Shown here: piece by piece, positions 9,521 through 19,199 of the stretch
Layout: the number at the start of each line of letters is the position of its first letter
Numbering within the stretch: the first letter of the stretch is position 1
Assembly (NCBI GenBank): GCA_964588535.1
Contig: CAZPQA010000005.1
Coordinates: forward strand, 5,177 to 69,176
DNA: 64,000 bases
Source: an uncultured Desulfobacteraceae bacterium
GTDB lineage: Bacteria; Desulfobacterota; DSM-4660; Desulfatiglandales; Desulfatiglandaceae
Direction of reading: 5' to 3'
Position numbers and translations under genes: made by a program
Notes under the pieces: generated by a model
What the model was told of the DNA's origin: nothing
What the model saw: the letters and a program-made list of their open reading frames with translations, nothing else
Database searches by the model: none

Positions 9521-11035
9521 TTAGACAGCGTAATAGGTTGAATCTTCTTTCGTTACTTCTCCTTCATCAAGAAGTTGTCTCATAACGGGAATCAGGGACC
9601 TCCAGTTTTCAATACCGAGGAAGTCTGCAATCTCGACCATCCTAAGGCCATTGGGGTTGTCCCCAAGTAACACTACGATCTCACTCCCGAGATCATCTTC
9701 TTCATACTCCTCTTCCTCGGTCACATCTTCTCCCAGTTCCATTTCCTTGGGCGCTTGTTCCTCGGTCACCCCTTCTCCCAGTTCCATTTCCTCGGGTGCT
9801 TCTTCCTCGAGCGCTTCATCAACTGTTGCGACCTCCACTGCGGCCTCTATCCCTGCCGGGCCGGTTATGGTCACCTTTTCTCTGAGAGAAGTCATCCCTG
9901 CAAGGAGTGCCTTCCAGGCAGCTGCGGTTTCTTCCTGCTCTTTCCTGAATTCATCGAGCATCCCCCTGACAGTCTCTTTTCGTTCTTTGATCTCGGCCTG
10001 ATCTGCCTTTTTGCGTGCACCTTCAGCCGCATCTAACTCAGGCTTCACCTTGGCCAATTCAGCCCTCAGATTATCCGCCATCTCCTGATGCGCCCTGTCA
10101 AAATCCGATAACAGGTCCTCTATATAGGCCTCTCGTTCCTTGATCTCGGCCTGATCTGCCTTTTTGCGTGCACCTTCAGCCGCATCTAACTCAGGCTTCA
10201 CCTTGGCCAATTCAGCCCTCAGATTATCCGCCATCTCCTGATGCGCCCTGTCAAAATCCGATAACAGGTCCTCTATATAGGCCTCTCGTTCCTTGATCTC
10301 GGCCTGATCTGCCTTTTTGCGTGCACCTTCAGCCGCATCTAACTCAGGCTTCACCTTGGCCAATTCAGCCCTCAGATTATCCGCCATCTCCTGATGCGCC
10401 TTGTCAAAATCAGCTAACAGATTTTCTATATAGGCCTCTCGTTCCTTGATCTCGGCCTGATCTGCTTTTTTGCGTGCATCTTCAACCACCTCTAACTCAG
10501 GCTTCACCTTGGCTAATTCAGCCCTCAGATTATCCGCCATTCCCTGATGTTCTTCATCAAAATCAGCCAAAAGGTTTTCTATATAGGCCTCTCGTTCCTT
10601 GATCTCGGCCTGATCTGCCTTTTTGCGTGCACCTTCAGCCGCATCTAACTCAGGCTTCACCTTGGCTAATTCAGCCCTCAGATTATCCGCCATCTCCTGG
10701 TGGGCCTCATCAAAATCCGATAACAGGTCCTCTATATAGGCCTCTCGTTCCTTGATCTCGGCCTGATCTGCCTTTTTGCGTGCACCTTCAGCCGCATCTA
10801 ACTCAGGCTTCACCTTGGCTAATTCAGCCCTGACCTCTCTCCCCATCTTCAAACGCGCATCATTAAACTCCGCTAGCAGCCTTTCTATCTGAATCTCCCG
10901 ACCTTCGATTTCCTCGCGAGTCTCTGCCAAAAAAGCTGCGGTATCTCTTTTTATGTTTGAAATACTCTGGATCCTTTCCTCATAGGCATTCGCCACCTCT
11001 TGAGCCAACCTTCCCAAATCGTCTGAATTTGCCAT
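9521..11035 (-). CDS. GvpC-like repeat protein with acidic linker and C-terminal winged-helix-like domain
   Basis: About 5.5 helical 51-aa repeats; lies between gvpA and gvpN. Start placed at ATG 11035 (AAGGAG SD) rather than 11116. Confidence 0.7.
   Translation of the reverse strand: MANSDDLGRLAQEVANAYEERIQSISNIKRDTAAFLAETREEIEGREIQIERLLAEFNDARLKMGREVRAELAKVKPELDAAEGARKKADQAEIKEREAYIEDLLSDFDEAHQEMADNLRAELAKVKPELDAAEGARKKADQAEIKEREAYIENLLADFDEEHQGMADNLRAELAKVKPELEVVEDARKKADQAEIKEREAYIENLLADFDKAHQEMADNLRAELAKVKPELDAAEGARKKADQAEIKEREAYIEDLLSDFDRAHQEMADNLRAELAKVKPELDAAEGARKKADQAEIKEREAYIEDLLSDFDRAHQEMADNLRAELAKVKPELDAAEGARKKADQAEIKERKETVRGMLDEFRKEQEETAAAWKALLAGMTSLREKVTITGPAGIEAAVEVATVDEALEEEAPEEMELGEGVTEEQAPKEMELGEDVTEEEEYEEDDLGSEIVVLLGDNPNGLRMVEIADFLGIENWRSLIPVMRQLLDEGEVTKEDSTYYAV
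9981..10831. repeat. Coding tandem repeat, 153-bp unit, about 5.5 near-identical copies
   Basis: TGATCTCGGCCTGATCTGC recurs every 153 bp (about 9988, 10141, 10294, 10447, 10600, 10753). Confidence 0.95.
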
Positions 11036-11280
11036 GTCTTTTTCTCCTTTCTTGATCCCCCCCCCCCATGTATATTTGGTGGAGGCGTCATCTAAAAGAC
11101 ATACTCGGGAATACATTTTGCGCCTATAGAGGGGTGACTTACACCTCTATTTCCTCAAGGACGTCCTGGAAGTTTCTATAAGCGAACCTTCTGTGAGTAC
11201 AAAATCTACCCGCAGAGATTGGCGAAAAAATCAAGTGTTCAGTGTTCAGAAACCTGCAACTGTTCACCGCCCACTGTCCA

Positions 11281-11916
11281 CTACCCACTAACCCCCGCCA
11301 CCGATTGCCATTGGCCCTGGACCCTGGTCCTGACCACATCAAACTCATCCAGCATCTTAGTCAAATCAGCGTCACGATCACCCTGCTGGACCCTCAGAGA
11401 CTTGATCATGACCCTGAAGTCTTTGACCTTGACCCCTTCTCCTTTTTCCAAAAGACTCCTGAGGGCGATCCTCAGATCCTCCTGCTCGATCTGCAACCGT
11501 TTCATGGCCGTGATGATGTTCTTCTCGCGCTCTTTCTGACGTCGCGAGATATCTTCCTTAATGGCGGCCATATCTCCCAGGGTTGAGCCGCTCCCGCCGA
11601 GCACAATCTTCCTGAGCCGGCCGATCATCTCCCCTTCTTCTTCCTGGAAGATCTGAAGGCCCTCCCTTGTCTCTTTCTCAGTCTGATGGCGGCGTTCGAT
11701 CACATCACCGATCATACGGTCAAAGTCCTTTTTCCTCAGGCTTTCCGCCCTGGCGAGATTGTCCCTCAGCCGAACGATCATGTCTTCGAGTTCCATCTGA
11801 AAACCCTTGAGGAATTGATATGCCTGGTCCATCAGGCCGTTCACCGTCCTCACCCGCATTTCATAGGAATCGATAATGCTGTTAGCAAGCGCCTTTAAAT
11901 CTTCTCCTGTTCCCAC
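11281..11916 (-). CDS. Coiled-coil gas vesicle-associated protein; N-terminus resembles the GvpC-like protein
   Basis: EDLKALANSIIDSYEMRV aligns with DDLGRLAQEVANAYEERI of the next gene. GAGGTG SD. Confidence 0.65.
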   Translation of the reverse strand: MGTGEDLKALANSIIDSYEMRVRTVNGLMDQAYQFLKGFQMELEDMIVRLRDNLARAESLRKKDFDRMIGDVIERRHQTEKETREGLQIFQEEEGEMIGRLRKIVLGGSGSTLGDMAAIKEDISRRQKEREKNIITAMKRLQIEQEDLRIALRSLLEKGEGVKVKDFRVMIKSLRVQQGDRDADLTKMLDEFDVVRTRVQGQWQSVAGVSG

Positions 11917-12147
11917 CTTTTCACCTCACATAAAAAAACCGCAGATAACTCGGACAATTACACCTGATCTTTAAAACAGAAGGGAGTATTGTCAGACTTA
12001 TTTACGGTCTTTCAAAACAGTGTCGGAGATTTCAGATATGCCCAAGATTTGCCTTTTGAAATCCTTAATATGCGGCAGAGGGGTTTATAACGCCTCTACG
12101 TTCCCAAGGATATCTGGCAATCTCCCTTCAATATTCAACCAAAAAAC

Positions 12148-12351
12148 TTACGCTGTAGCAGTGAGTCCAATGGCTTCGGCATATTTCAGGAATGTCTCAA
12201 CGCCGGCCACAACCACTCTGGCCTCAACAGCGAGTAACTCGATGCCCACGAGGGAAACCCTGACCCACGCGTCCACGACCACGCCCTTGTCCAGAATTCT
12301 GTCCACCACTTCTACCAAACTTGAAGATGCTATCGCTTTTTCTACGGCCAT
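12148..12351 (-). CDS. gvpA: Gas vesicle structural protein GvpA
   Basis: [63 protein letters not shown]. Confidence 0.98.
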   Translation of the reverse strand: MAVEKAIASSSLVEVVDRILDKGVVVDAWVRVSLVGIELLAVEARVVVAGVETFLKYAEAIGLTATA

Positions 12352-12426
12352 TGTAATTCTCCTTTTTAATCCGGTGTTTAAAAAATGGGTGTTTCCTTAA
12401 TGCAAATGAGCCTTCCGGTCACCGTT

Positions 12427-12630
12427 TTACGCGGTGGCGGTCAGTCCAATGGCTTCTGCATATTTCAGGAAAGTCTCGACACCGGCGACCACGACCCTGG
12501 CTTCAATGGCGACCAGCTCGATGCCCACGAGGGAAACCCTGACCCACGCGTCCACGACCACGCCCTTGTCCAGAATTCTGTCCACCACTTCTACCAAACT
12601 TGAAGATGCAATTGCTTTTTCTACGGCCAT
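12427..12630 (-). CDS. gvpA: Gas vesicle structural protein GvpA (tandem copy, 2 aa different)
   Basis: Canonical GvpA sequence; AGGAGG SD. Confidence 0.98.
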   Translation of the reverse strand: MAVEKAIASSSLVEVVDRILDKGVVVDAWVRVSLVGIELVAIEARVVVAGVETFLKYAEAIGLTATA

Positions 12631-12806
12631 AACGAATTACCTCCTTTCTTAGAAATTTTGGAAGAAATGCCTGATGTGACACCCTTCCGTTAAATGCCTG
12701 CTCTCACAGGCTCACACACCGGTTAAACTTTAAAACCGCTGTGCTCAGAACCTCAAACCCCCGTCCCTTGATTTTCTCTCGGGCGTTTGTTGTTGGCTCT
12801 CTAAGA

Positions 12807-12824
12807 TTGCACTTTGTGTGCCAA
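12807..12824 (-). promoter_or_regulatory. Sigma54 (-24/-12) promoter of the gvp operon
   Basis: Minus strand reads TTGGCACACAAAGTGCAA (GG-N10-GC), about 180 bp upstream of gvpA. Confidence 0.75.
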
Positions 12825-12908
12825 AATGAAGGAAGATTTTATACGACTGGAATCACTGGATTAATTCGTATGCTGTTCGCAGAAAGGAAAATATGGGGTA
12901 TGAAAGGG

Positions 12909-12946
12909 TATGGCACTGATGTCCTAATTGGGGCATGGATGCCATA
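12909..12946. promoter_or_regulatory. Imperfect inverted repeat, candidate upstream activator sequence
   Basis: TATGGCActgATGtCC-N6-GGgCATggaTGCCATA, about 85-120 bp upstream of the -24 element. Confidence 0.4.
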
Positions 12947-12981
12947 GTTAGTGCCCATCCACAAACGTGGACGGACACTGG

Positions 12982-14814
12982 TCAGGGGGAGGAAACTCGC
13001 TCCCGCAACTGGAACTGAAACCGCCACCGATGAAGGCTTCGGGTGGATTTGCACCACAGGGCCAGGGTGCCCACTTCCGTGTAATGGGCAGCCACTTTCA
13101 CCGGAATAGAAACCCCTTTGGATTTCTTGCCGAATTTGATGACCGTATGAAGCGGCGGAAGGGGGGTGAGGGAGTCATCCACCCGCACAATGTCGCCCAC
13201 CCGGTCGCCGCTGCGATAACTGGAACTGTACAGGTAGAATCGCACCGGCTGGTTGGTCAGAACCGTGAATTTTTTTTCACCGAGTTCGTTTTGGGTTCCC
13301 TCGCTCATGCCGCGTTCCATCAGACAGAGTGCCGATTCAGGGGCATGGTTCGGGGCTTTTCCCGTTCCTTGGGCGTTTCCCAGGTATACCCCCAGATAGT
13401 AGGCCCTTGCACTGCCGCTGTTCACCTGCACCCCGTACCCTTTTCGAACCCGGCCGTAATAGGATGCCCCCAGGGCCACGGCAAGATCCAGCTCCGGATT
13501 TACCAGCACCCTTGGCGCGGTTTTTTCTGTTTCATGAAACCGGGTGCAAACCGCTGCTCTGATCCTGTCCTGGATGGAAGCGGGTTTGAGGGCCGCTCCA
13601 TTAAACATGATCAGATCAGGTGCAATTTTTTCCCTGCCCAGCCGCTGTTTGAGGTCGTCTCCATGTTGTTCCAGAAATCGGATCATGTGCCGGGTAATGG
13701 CGGGATCCTGGGCATAGGGGAGCCCGAATTCGGTGATCCCCCGGCGTGTTTTTAGAGCGACGGATTCTTCGGGGGAAACCAGGGGAAAAAATCCGTCCAG
13801 GATGACGTCTTCCACATCCGAACGATCGAGTTTCGCGGACATTGTATCGGCGATCAGTTTTCGGCCTCCGCCGATTAGGGTGATGGTCTTTTCTTCCGTC
13901 AGCTCCCCCAGGATCTCTTCTTTGGCCCGGCGGCACTGATTGCAGAGGGACTGCCGGCGATCCGTGCTCAAATGCCCTTTCCGGGCTCCCTTTAGACGGC
14001 TTTCCATGAGATGGGCCAGGGCCAGGTCCATGTTGTCTCCGCCGAGAATCAGGTGATCGCCCACGGCGATGCGTTCAAACCCGGGCTTTCCGTTTCTCTC
14101 ACAAAGGGTAATGAGGGTGAAGTCCGTGGTTCCGCCGCCCACGTCGCAGATCAGGATCAGCTCACCGGGCTTCACAAGGCGGTCCCATTCCCGGTCATGC
14201 TCATCCAGCCAACTGTAAAAGGCGGCCAGGGGTTCTTCCAGAAGGGTAATGTTGTTGATGCCGGTCCGAGATGCCGCTTCCACGGTCAGGTCCCGGGCCA
14301 CTTCGTCAAAGGAGGCGGGTACCGTGATCACCACGGCCTGGTTTTCCAGGCAATGGGCTTCTTCCCTTTTCACGCTGTGGTTCCAGGCGTTTTTGATATG
14401 GTTCAAATAGGCGGCGGTGACCGCAATGGGAGACTGCTTTTCCACCGGGTCATCCGCGGCCCACGGCAGGATTTGCGCTCGGCGATCCACTTTTTCGTGG
14501 CAGAGCCAGCTTTTGGCCGAAGCCACCATGCGCTTGGGGACTTTTACCCCCTGCTCCCGGGCGAGAATTCCGGCAAAGCCCTTTTCGTCGGTATCCCAGG
14601 GTAGTTTCCAGGCTTCTTTTTTCAGCTCGTGTTCACCGGGCACATAGAGAAACGAGGGGAGCACTTTACGCTTTGATATTTCACCCGGGCCTGTCAGTTG
14701 GGCAATGTCAAACCTTTGGATGGGGACTTTGGATGGGTCCTGATGTCCGGATAAATCAACATAGGTGACTGCGGAATTGGTTGTGCCCAGATCAATTCCG
14801 ATAATATATTTCAT
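12982..14814 (-). CDS. Atypical Hsp70-family protein, C-terminally truncated paralog of 26650..29451
   Basis: GIDLGTTNS, TVPASFD, EEPLAA, DVGGGTTD and GGDNMD motifs. Ends right after WRFQFQLR, where the paralog continues for about 320 aa. Confidence 0.88.
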   Translation of the reverse strand: MKYIIGIDLGTTNSAVTYVDLSGHQDPSKVPIQRFDIAQLTGPGEISKRKVLPSFLYVPGEHELKKEAWKLPWDTDEKGFAGILAREQGVKVPKRMVASAKSWLCHEKVDRRAQILPWAADDPVEKQSPIAVTAAYLNHIKNAWNHSVKREEAHCLENQAVVITVPASFDEVARDLTVEAASRTGINNITLLEEPLAAFYSWLDEHDREWDRLVKPGELILICDVGGGTTDFTLITLCERNGKPGFERIAVGDHLILGGDNMDLALAHLMESRLKGARKGHLSTDRRQSLCNQCRRAKEEILGELTEEKTITLIGGGRKLIADTMSAKLDRSDVEDVILDGFFPLVSPEESVALKTRRGITEFGLPYAQDPAITRHMIRFLEQHGDDLKQRLGREKIAPDLIMFNGAALKPASIQDRIRAAVCTRFHETEKTAPRVLVNPELDLAVALGASYYGRVRKGYGVQVNSGSARAYYLGVYLGNAQGTGKAPNHAPESALCLMERGMSEGTQNELGEKKFTVLTNQPVRFYLYSSSYRSGDRVGDIVRVDDSLTPLPPLHTVIKFGKKSKGVSIPVKVAAHYTEVGTLALWCKSTRSLHRWRFQFQLRERVSSP

Positions 14815-14817
14815 GAA

Positions 14818-16650
14818 TTATTCGATCTCTTTTTCTCTGACATTGAATTCAAGCTTGAACTTTTTTTCGTCCTCCCGGGAAACGCACCACAGTTCCAGGG
14901 TGCCCACCTCCGTGACCCGGGTTTCGAGGGTTACCGGGACAATGGCGCCGGTTTCGCCTTCCAGCCGGGTTTCGAGGGTCGTGATCGGTTCAATTTCTCC
15001 TTTCCAGTCTTCCGTTACCGATCCCATGACATCGCGGCGGCGGGTGTTGGATCCAAGGAAGTCAAACTTGACCGGTTCGCCCACCACCAGTCCGAATTCC
15101 TTGCCGGGCAGGTCGGCTTCGGTCCCTTCTTCCATGCCGAAAGGGGCCACGCACAGGGCTTTGATGGGGGTGGGAATACCCGGTACCGCTGGCAAAGCCG
15201 CCTCCACGCCGATGTAATACGTTTTGGCAAGGCCGCCGCGAATGCGAACCCCTTTTCCTTTTCGGGCCAGGCCATAATAGGCGGCGCCCCGGGCCACGGC
15301 CAGGTCGAAATCTCCGGTTTTGATTTCCCTGGGGGCGGTCTGGTTTTCCACGGCGGACCAGGATGAGAGGATGTCCAGCACCCGGTTCCTCAATCCTTGG
15401 GCCTTCATGACGCCACCGTTGAAAAGGACGGCGGTGGGGCAGATAAAGTCATTGCCCGTTGTTTCGGAAGGATCCCCTTGATCCAGGAATTGTGCCAGAT
15501 GATGGGTAATGGCCGGGTCCGATGTGTAGGAAAGCCCCATTTCCCTCATCCCTGTCCGGCGTTGCTCCCGGGGACGTGAATCGTGCCCGCACTCGGGGAA
15601 AAATCCGGTTTCCAGGACCGTTTTAACCTGATCTCGCGTCAATTCGGTCTTGACAGTACCGCCGATGAGCTTGCTTCCCCGGCCCAGGATGGTGATGGGA
15701 TAAGAATCGGCCGCTTCGTTGGAAAATAGATGTTCTTTGGCCCCGCGGCAGGCATGACACAATCCTCTCATCTGATAGGCATCCAGCTTTTGTCCCTTGG
15801 TGGCCAGATTTCCGGCCACGGCGTAAGCCAGGGTCAAGTCCATATTATCCCCGCCCACCAGCAGGTGCTGTCCCACCGATACCCGTTCCAGGTTTAAGTT
15901 TCCTTGTGTTTCCGTGACCTTAATCAGGCTGAGGTCTGTGGTGCCCCCGCCCACGTCCGCCACCAGTATGCGGTCGTTCACCTTGACCCTGTCCCGCCAT
16001 TTGCCCCGGGTGCCGTCAATCCAGGCATAGAATGCCGCCTGGGGTTCCTCAAGCAGTGTGGCTTTTGGAAAGCCGGCCATTTCGGCGGCCTTGACGGTCA
16101 GGTTCCGGGCCACTGCATCGAAGGAAGCGGGAACGGTCAGATAAACCTCCTGGTTTTCCAGGCGCAGTCCATCGTCTTCCCGGGCCATGTAATGGTTCCA
16201 GCTCTCCCTGATGTGTCTCAGGATAGCCGCCGAAGCTTCTACAGGGGAGAGTTTTTGCCGGTCATCGGGGCCTTCCCATGGGAGAATCGCTTTGTTTCGA
16301 TCCACGCCGGTGTGACAGAGCCAGGATTTGGCGGAGGCGATCATGCGCATGGGAATTTCAGCCCCCCGGTCCCGGGCAAAAGCCCCCACGGCCAGGGTGC
16401 TTTCCGGGTCCCATGGCAGGGCCAGTCCACCTTCCGGCACATCATGGGGACCCGGCAGCAGCAAGAAAGAGGGCAGGGTGCTTTGTTCCCCCAGAGAGCC
16501 GGATGCCACCAGTTGAGGGATGTTGAAAATTCGAATGTCAAGCTCCGTTAGATCATCATACCGGGCTTCCGTGTAGGCGACAACGCTGTTGGTGGTGCCC
16601 AGGTCGATGCCTATCACATAGATGGGATCAGCTTTGGTTTCATTTGTCAT
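14818..16650 (-). CDS. Atypical Hsp70-family protein (short type)
   Basis: GIDLGTTNS, TVPASFD, EEPQAA and DVGGGTTD motifs; ends LELWC...KLEFNVRE. Confidence 0.9.
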   Translation of the reverse strand: MTNETKADPIYVIGIDLGTTNSVVAYTEARYDDLTELDIRIFNIPQLVASGSLGEQSTLPSFLLLPGPHDVPEGGLALPWDPESTLAVGAFARDRGAEIPMRMIASAKSWLCHTGVDRNKAILPWEGPDDRQKLSPVEASAAILRHIRESWNHYMAREDDGLRLENQEVYLTVPASFDAVARNLTVKAAEMAGFPKATLLEEPQAAFYAWIDGTRGKWRDRVKVNDRILVADVGGGTTDLSLIKVTETQGNLNLERVSVGQHLLVGGDNMDLTLAYAVAGNLATKGQKLDAYQMRGLCHACRGAKEHLFSNEAADSYPITILGRGSKLIGGTVKTELTRDQVKTVLETGFFPECGHDSRPREQRRTGMREMGLSYTSDPAITHHLAQFLDQGDPSETTGNDFICPTAVLFNGGVMKAQGLRNRVLDILSSWSAVENQTAPREIKTGDFDLAVARGAAYYGLARKGKGVRIRGGLAKTYYIGVEAALPAVPGIPTPIKALCVAPFGMEEGTEADLPGKEFGLVVGEPVKFDFLGSNTRRRDVMGSVTEDWKGEIEPITTLETRLEGETGAIVPVTLETRVTEVGTLELWCVSREDEKKFKLEFNVREKEIE

Positions 16651-16812
16651 TTTTTTACTCGTTATCTGTCATCAATCCCGGTAATGAATTGCCGGGCTGT
16701 TTCCCATGTCCTACGGGACTCATTGCATTTACTTGAATCCGGCCACCGACCTCTGATCTCCGTCAAGGAATTTCCACGACCAATAACCAGCAACATAAAA
16801 AGGATCTGAGGG

Positions 16813-18261
16813 TTATGGAGAAAGCCCGTGTGCCTTGATCTTCCTGAGGAGGGTTTTGTAGTCAACCTGGAGTTTCCGGGCCGCCTGGCTTTTGTTCCCG
16901 TTTGCCTCCTCTAAAACCTTTCCGATGATTTGTTTCTCGACGGCCTCCACATGGGCGTTGACGATTTCCTTGAGTGGTTTGTCGCCATCAGGGATTGTTC
17001 CCGAAACACCCGGATTTCCGGTTCCTGAGATGGATTTCTGATCGCCGAACATCAAGTGCCGTCTCTCGATGCGGGCATTTTCTTCACAAAGGAGCACGGC
17101 CTGGCGGATCACGTTTCGCAGCTCGCGCACATTTCCAGGCCAATGATAGATATTCAGAGCGAGCAGGGCTTCCTTGGAGAACCCACCGCACTTCCTGCCC
17201 AGTTCCATCTCGACTTCATCCACGAATTTCTTGGCCAGATAAGGAATATCCTCCGACCTTTCTTTGAGAGATGGCATTTTCAGGGAAAATTCGTTCAGCC
17301 GAAAGTACAGATCGGATCTGAAATTTCCTGATTTCACATCCCTTTCCAGGGACTGGTTGGTGGCGGCAATGATTCGGACATTTACGGGCACGGATTTTTT
17401 GCCGCCCAGTCTTCTGATCTTCCGTTCCTGAATCGCCCGAAGGAGTTTCTGCTGCACGGTATAGGGAAGGTTTCCCACTTCGTCCAGGAAGAGCGTCCCG
17501 GTATGGGCCAGTTCGAAATGGCCCGGTTTGTTTTTGTCTGCGCCGGTAAACGTGCCTTTCATGTAGCCGAACAGCTCGCTTTCAACCAGCGTTTCGGGTA
17601 TGGCACCGCAGTCCAGGGCCACAAAAGGCCCATCCTTTACGTGGCTCAGATTGTGGATGGCGCGGGCGATGAGCTCCTTGCCCGTACCGCTCTCTCCTCC
17701 TACGAGAACCGTGAACAGGGTGGGCGCTACCTTTTCCACATGCCGAATCAGTTTTTTGATGGGGTCGCTGTTTCCCATCAGTTTGTAAAGGAAGGTTCGT
17801 TCATTCAGAACCGTTCTCAGATATTCCACTTCCTGCACCAGGTTCTGTTTTTCCAGGGCCCGCTTGATGGTGAAAAGGAGATCGTTGTTGTCCACGGGTT
17901 TTGTAATGTAATCGTACATGCCCATCTTCATGGCCGTGACCGCCGAATCGATTTTCCCATAGGCGGTGACCATGATGATGGGCACCGCCGGTATTATCCG
18001 CTTCATTTCTGCCGCTACCGTTAATCCGTCCTGCCCGGGCATACGGTGGTCCAAGAGCACCAGATTGGGAATGTCTTTTTCCAGAAAGTCCAGTGCTTCA
18101 CGGCCGTTCCGGGCTTTAATGACGCGGTATCCGGCGGCATTCAAAATGTTTTCTGTGGCCCATCGAAAGTCGTGGTCGTCGTCCACCAGAAGTATTTTGA
18201 TTTTGGGTTCGATTTCCGGTTCAATGCTCATGGTTGTGTCCCTAACATGTTGGAATGGCAT
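16813..18261 (-). CDS. Sigma54-dependent NtrC-family response regulator
   Basis: REC domain (LVDDD, LLDHRMPG), AAA domain (GESGTGKE, ESELFG..KGTFTGA, WPGNVREL) and Fis-type HTH. Confidence 0.95.
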   Translation of the reverse strand: MPFQHVRDTTMSIEPEIEPKIKILLVDDDHDFRWATENILNAAGYRVIKARNGREALDFLEKDIPNLVLLDHRMPGQDGLTVAAEMKRIIPAVPIIMVTAYGKIDSAVTAMKMGMYDYITKPVDNNDLLFTIKRALEKQNLVQEVEYLRTVLNERTFLYKLMGNSDPIKKLIRHVEKVAPTLFTVLVGGESGTGKELIARAIHNLSHVKDGPFVALDCGAIPETLVESELFGYMKGTFTGADKNKPGHFELAHTGTLFLDEVGNLPYTVQQKLLRAIQERKIRRLGGKKSVPVNVRIIAATNQSLERDVKSGNFRSDLYFRLNEFSLKMPSLKERSEDIPYLAKKFVDEVEMELGRKCGGFSKEALLALNIYHWPGNVRELRNVIRQAVLLCEENARIERRHLMFGDQKSISGTGNPGVSGTIPDGDKPLKEIVNAHVEAVEKQIIGKVLEEANGNKSQAARKLQVDYKTLLRKIKAHGLSP

Positions 18262-18408
18262 GTTAAATCAGTCTATAGCGAGGAGCAAAAGATAGGGGGA
18301 TGCTACTCCGGTTGAACGGAGAATGTCAAGGGGAGATCCGAGAAATCGCCAGGTGAAACATCCCAATGGATCGACCGCTGGTGTTGATTAAGGAGAATCC
18401 CGGCGGCG

Positions 18409-19113
18409 TTACGCCTGCCTGTGGCGGGGTTCGGAAAGGACTTCTCTCACGGGGGTAATCATGTAGGCTGCCAGTTTTTCGAATTTTTCCACGGGCCCCC
18501 GTGCGTTTAATGTTTTGAAATAGTCCTGTACTTTCTTGATGTTTTTTATTTCAATGATTTCAATATCGTCTGCAAGATAAGGGCGCACATGATGGTAGGC
18601 GCCCATGAAAAGCACCCCTTTGTTTTTGAGGGTTTCATTGATGCTTTTGGCAACGAATCTGTCTCTTTCCTCCATCAACCGATCTCCATCAAATTCATTC
18701 TGTATTTCGGAGGTATTTTTTTCCAGTGCTGAATCAGCCTGGACAAGCTGGAGTATTCGTTGCAGCTCCATTTTAAGCAGTTTAATGTTTTCGGTTTTTT
18801 TAATCGTTCCGCCCCTGTTGATTAAATCAAGGACAATTTGATAATTGCTGCTTCCCCTTTTGGCCCCTTCGCGGATGATCTTATGTCCCAGTTCATCTTC
18901 GGTCATCAGACCATCCTGGTATATTGAAAGGCCCTCGGGATCGAGTTTGTTGAAAAATTTTCTGATGTTTTCCCAAAAGACCGTCACGATTTCGTGATGT
19001 CTCTCCCACAGCGCGCGTCCACACGTTTCCCCGCTTTTCTTCTGGATGGATGCGGCTGCGCTTCCCAAATCAGATTCCTCATGAATCACAGGAACGTAAA
19101 ACAGCTTTCTCAT
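18409..19113 (-). CDS. Hypothetical protein, possibly TraB/ChaN-like fold
   Basis: Motifs YVPVIH, IYQDGL, ERDRFVAKSINETL and GVLFMGAYH. The fold is an inference. Confidence 0.55.
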   Translation of the reverse strand: MRKLFYVPVIHEESDLGSAAASIQKKSGETCGRALWERHHEIVTVFWENIRKFFNKLDPEGLSIYQDGLMTEDELGHKIIREGAKRGSSNYQIVLDLINRGGTIKKTENIKLLKMELQRILQLVQADSALEKNTSEIQNEFDGDRLMEERDRFVAKSINETLKNKGVLFMGAYHHVRPYLADDIEIIEIKNIKKVQDYFKTLNARGPVEKFEKLAAYMITPVREVLSEPRHRQA

Positions 19114-19199
19114 TGCAGAATAGCCCTTTATGAATTGATGGTTGCTGGTTTAATAAAACGCGGCCCGTAAATGAGGGTCCAAGGCCAAACGACAAATGA

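Noticed and set aside
9981-10831. Regularly spaced repeats suggesting a CRISPR array
   Set aside because: Whole 153-bp units repeat with no unique spacers, stay in frame within a protein, and no cas genes are present.
1-12630. Apparent absence of gvpG, gvpJ and gvpK
   Set aside because: The operon continues beyond the left edge of the window, so absence cannot be claimed.
12982-16650. Housekeeping dnaK operon
   Set aside because: The proteins lack the canonical DnaK substrate-binding domain, and no grpE or full-length dnaJ is present.
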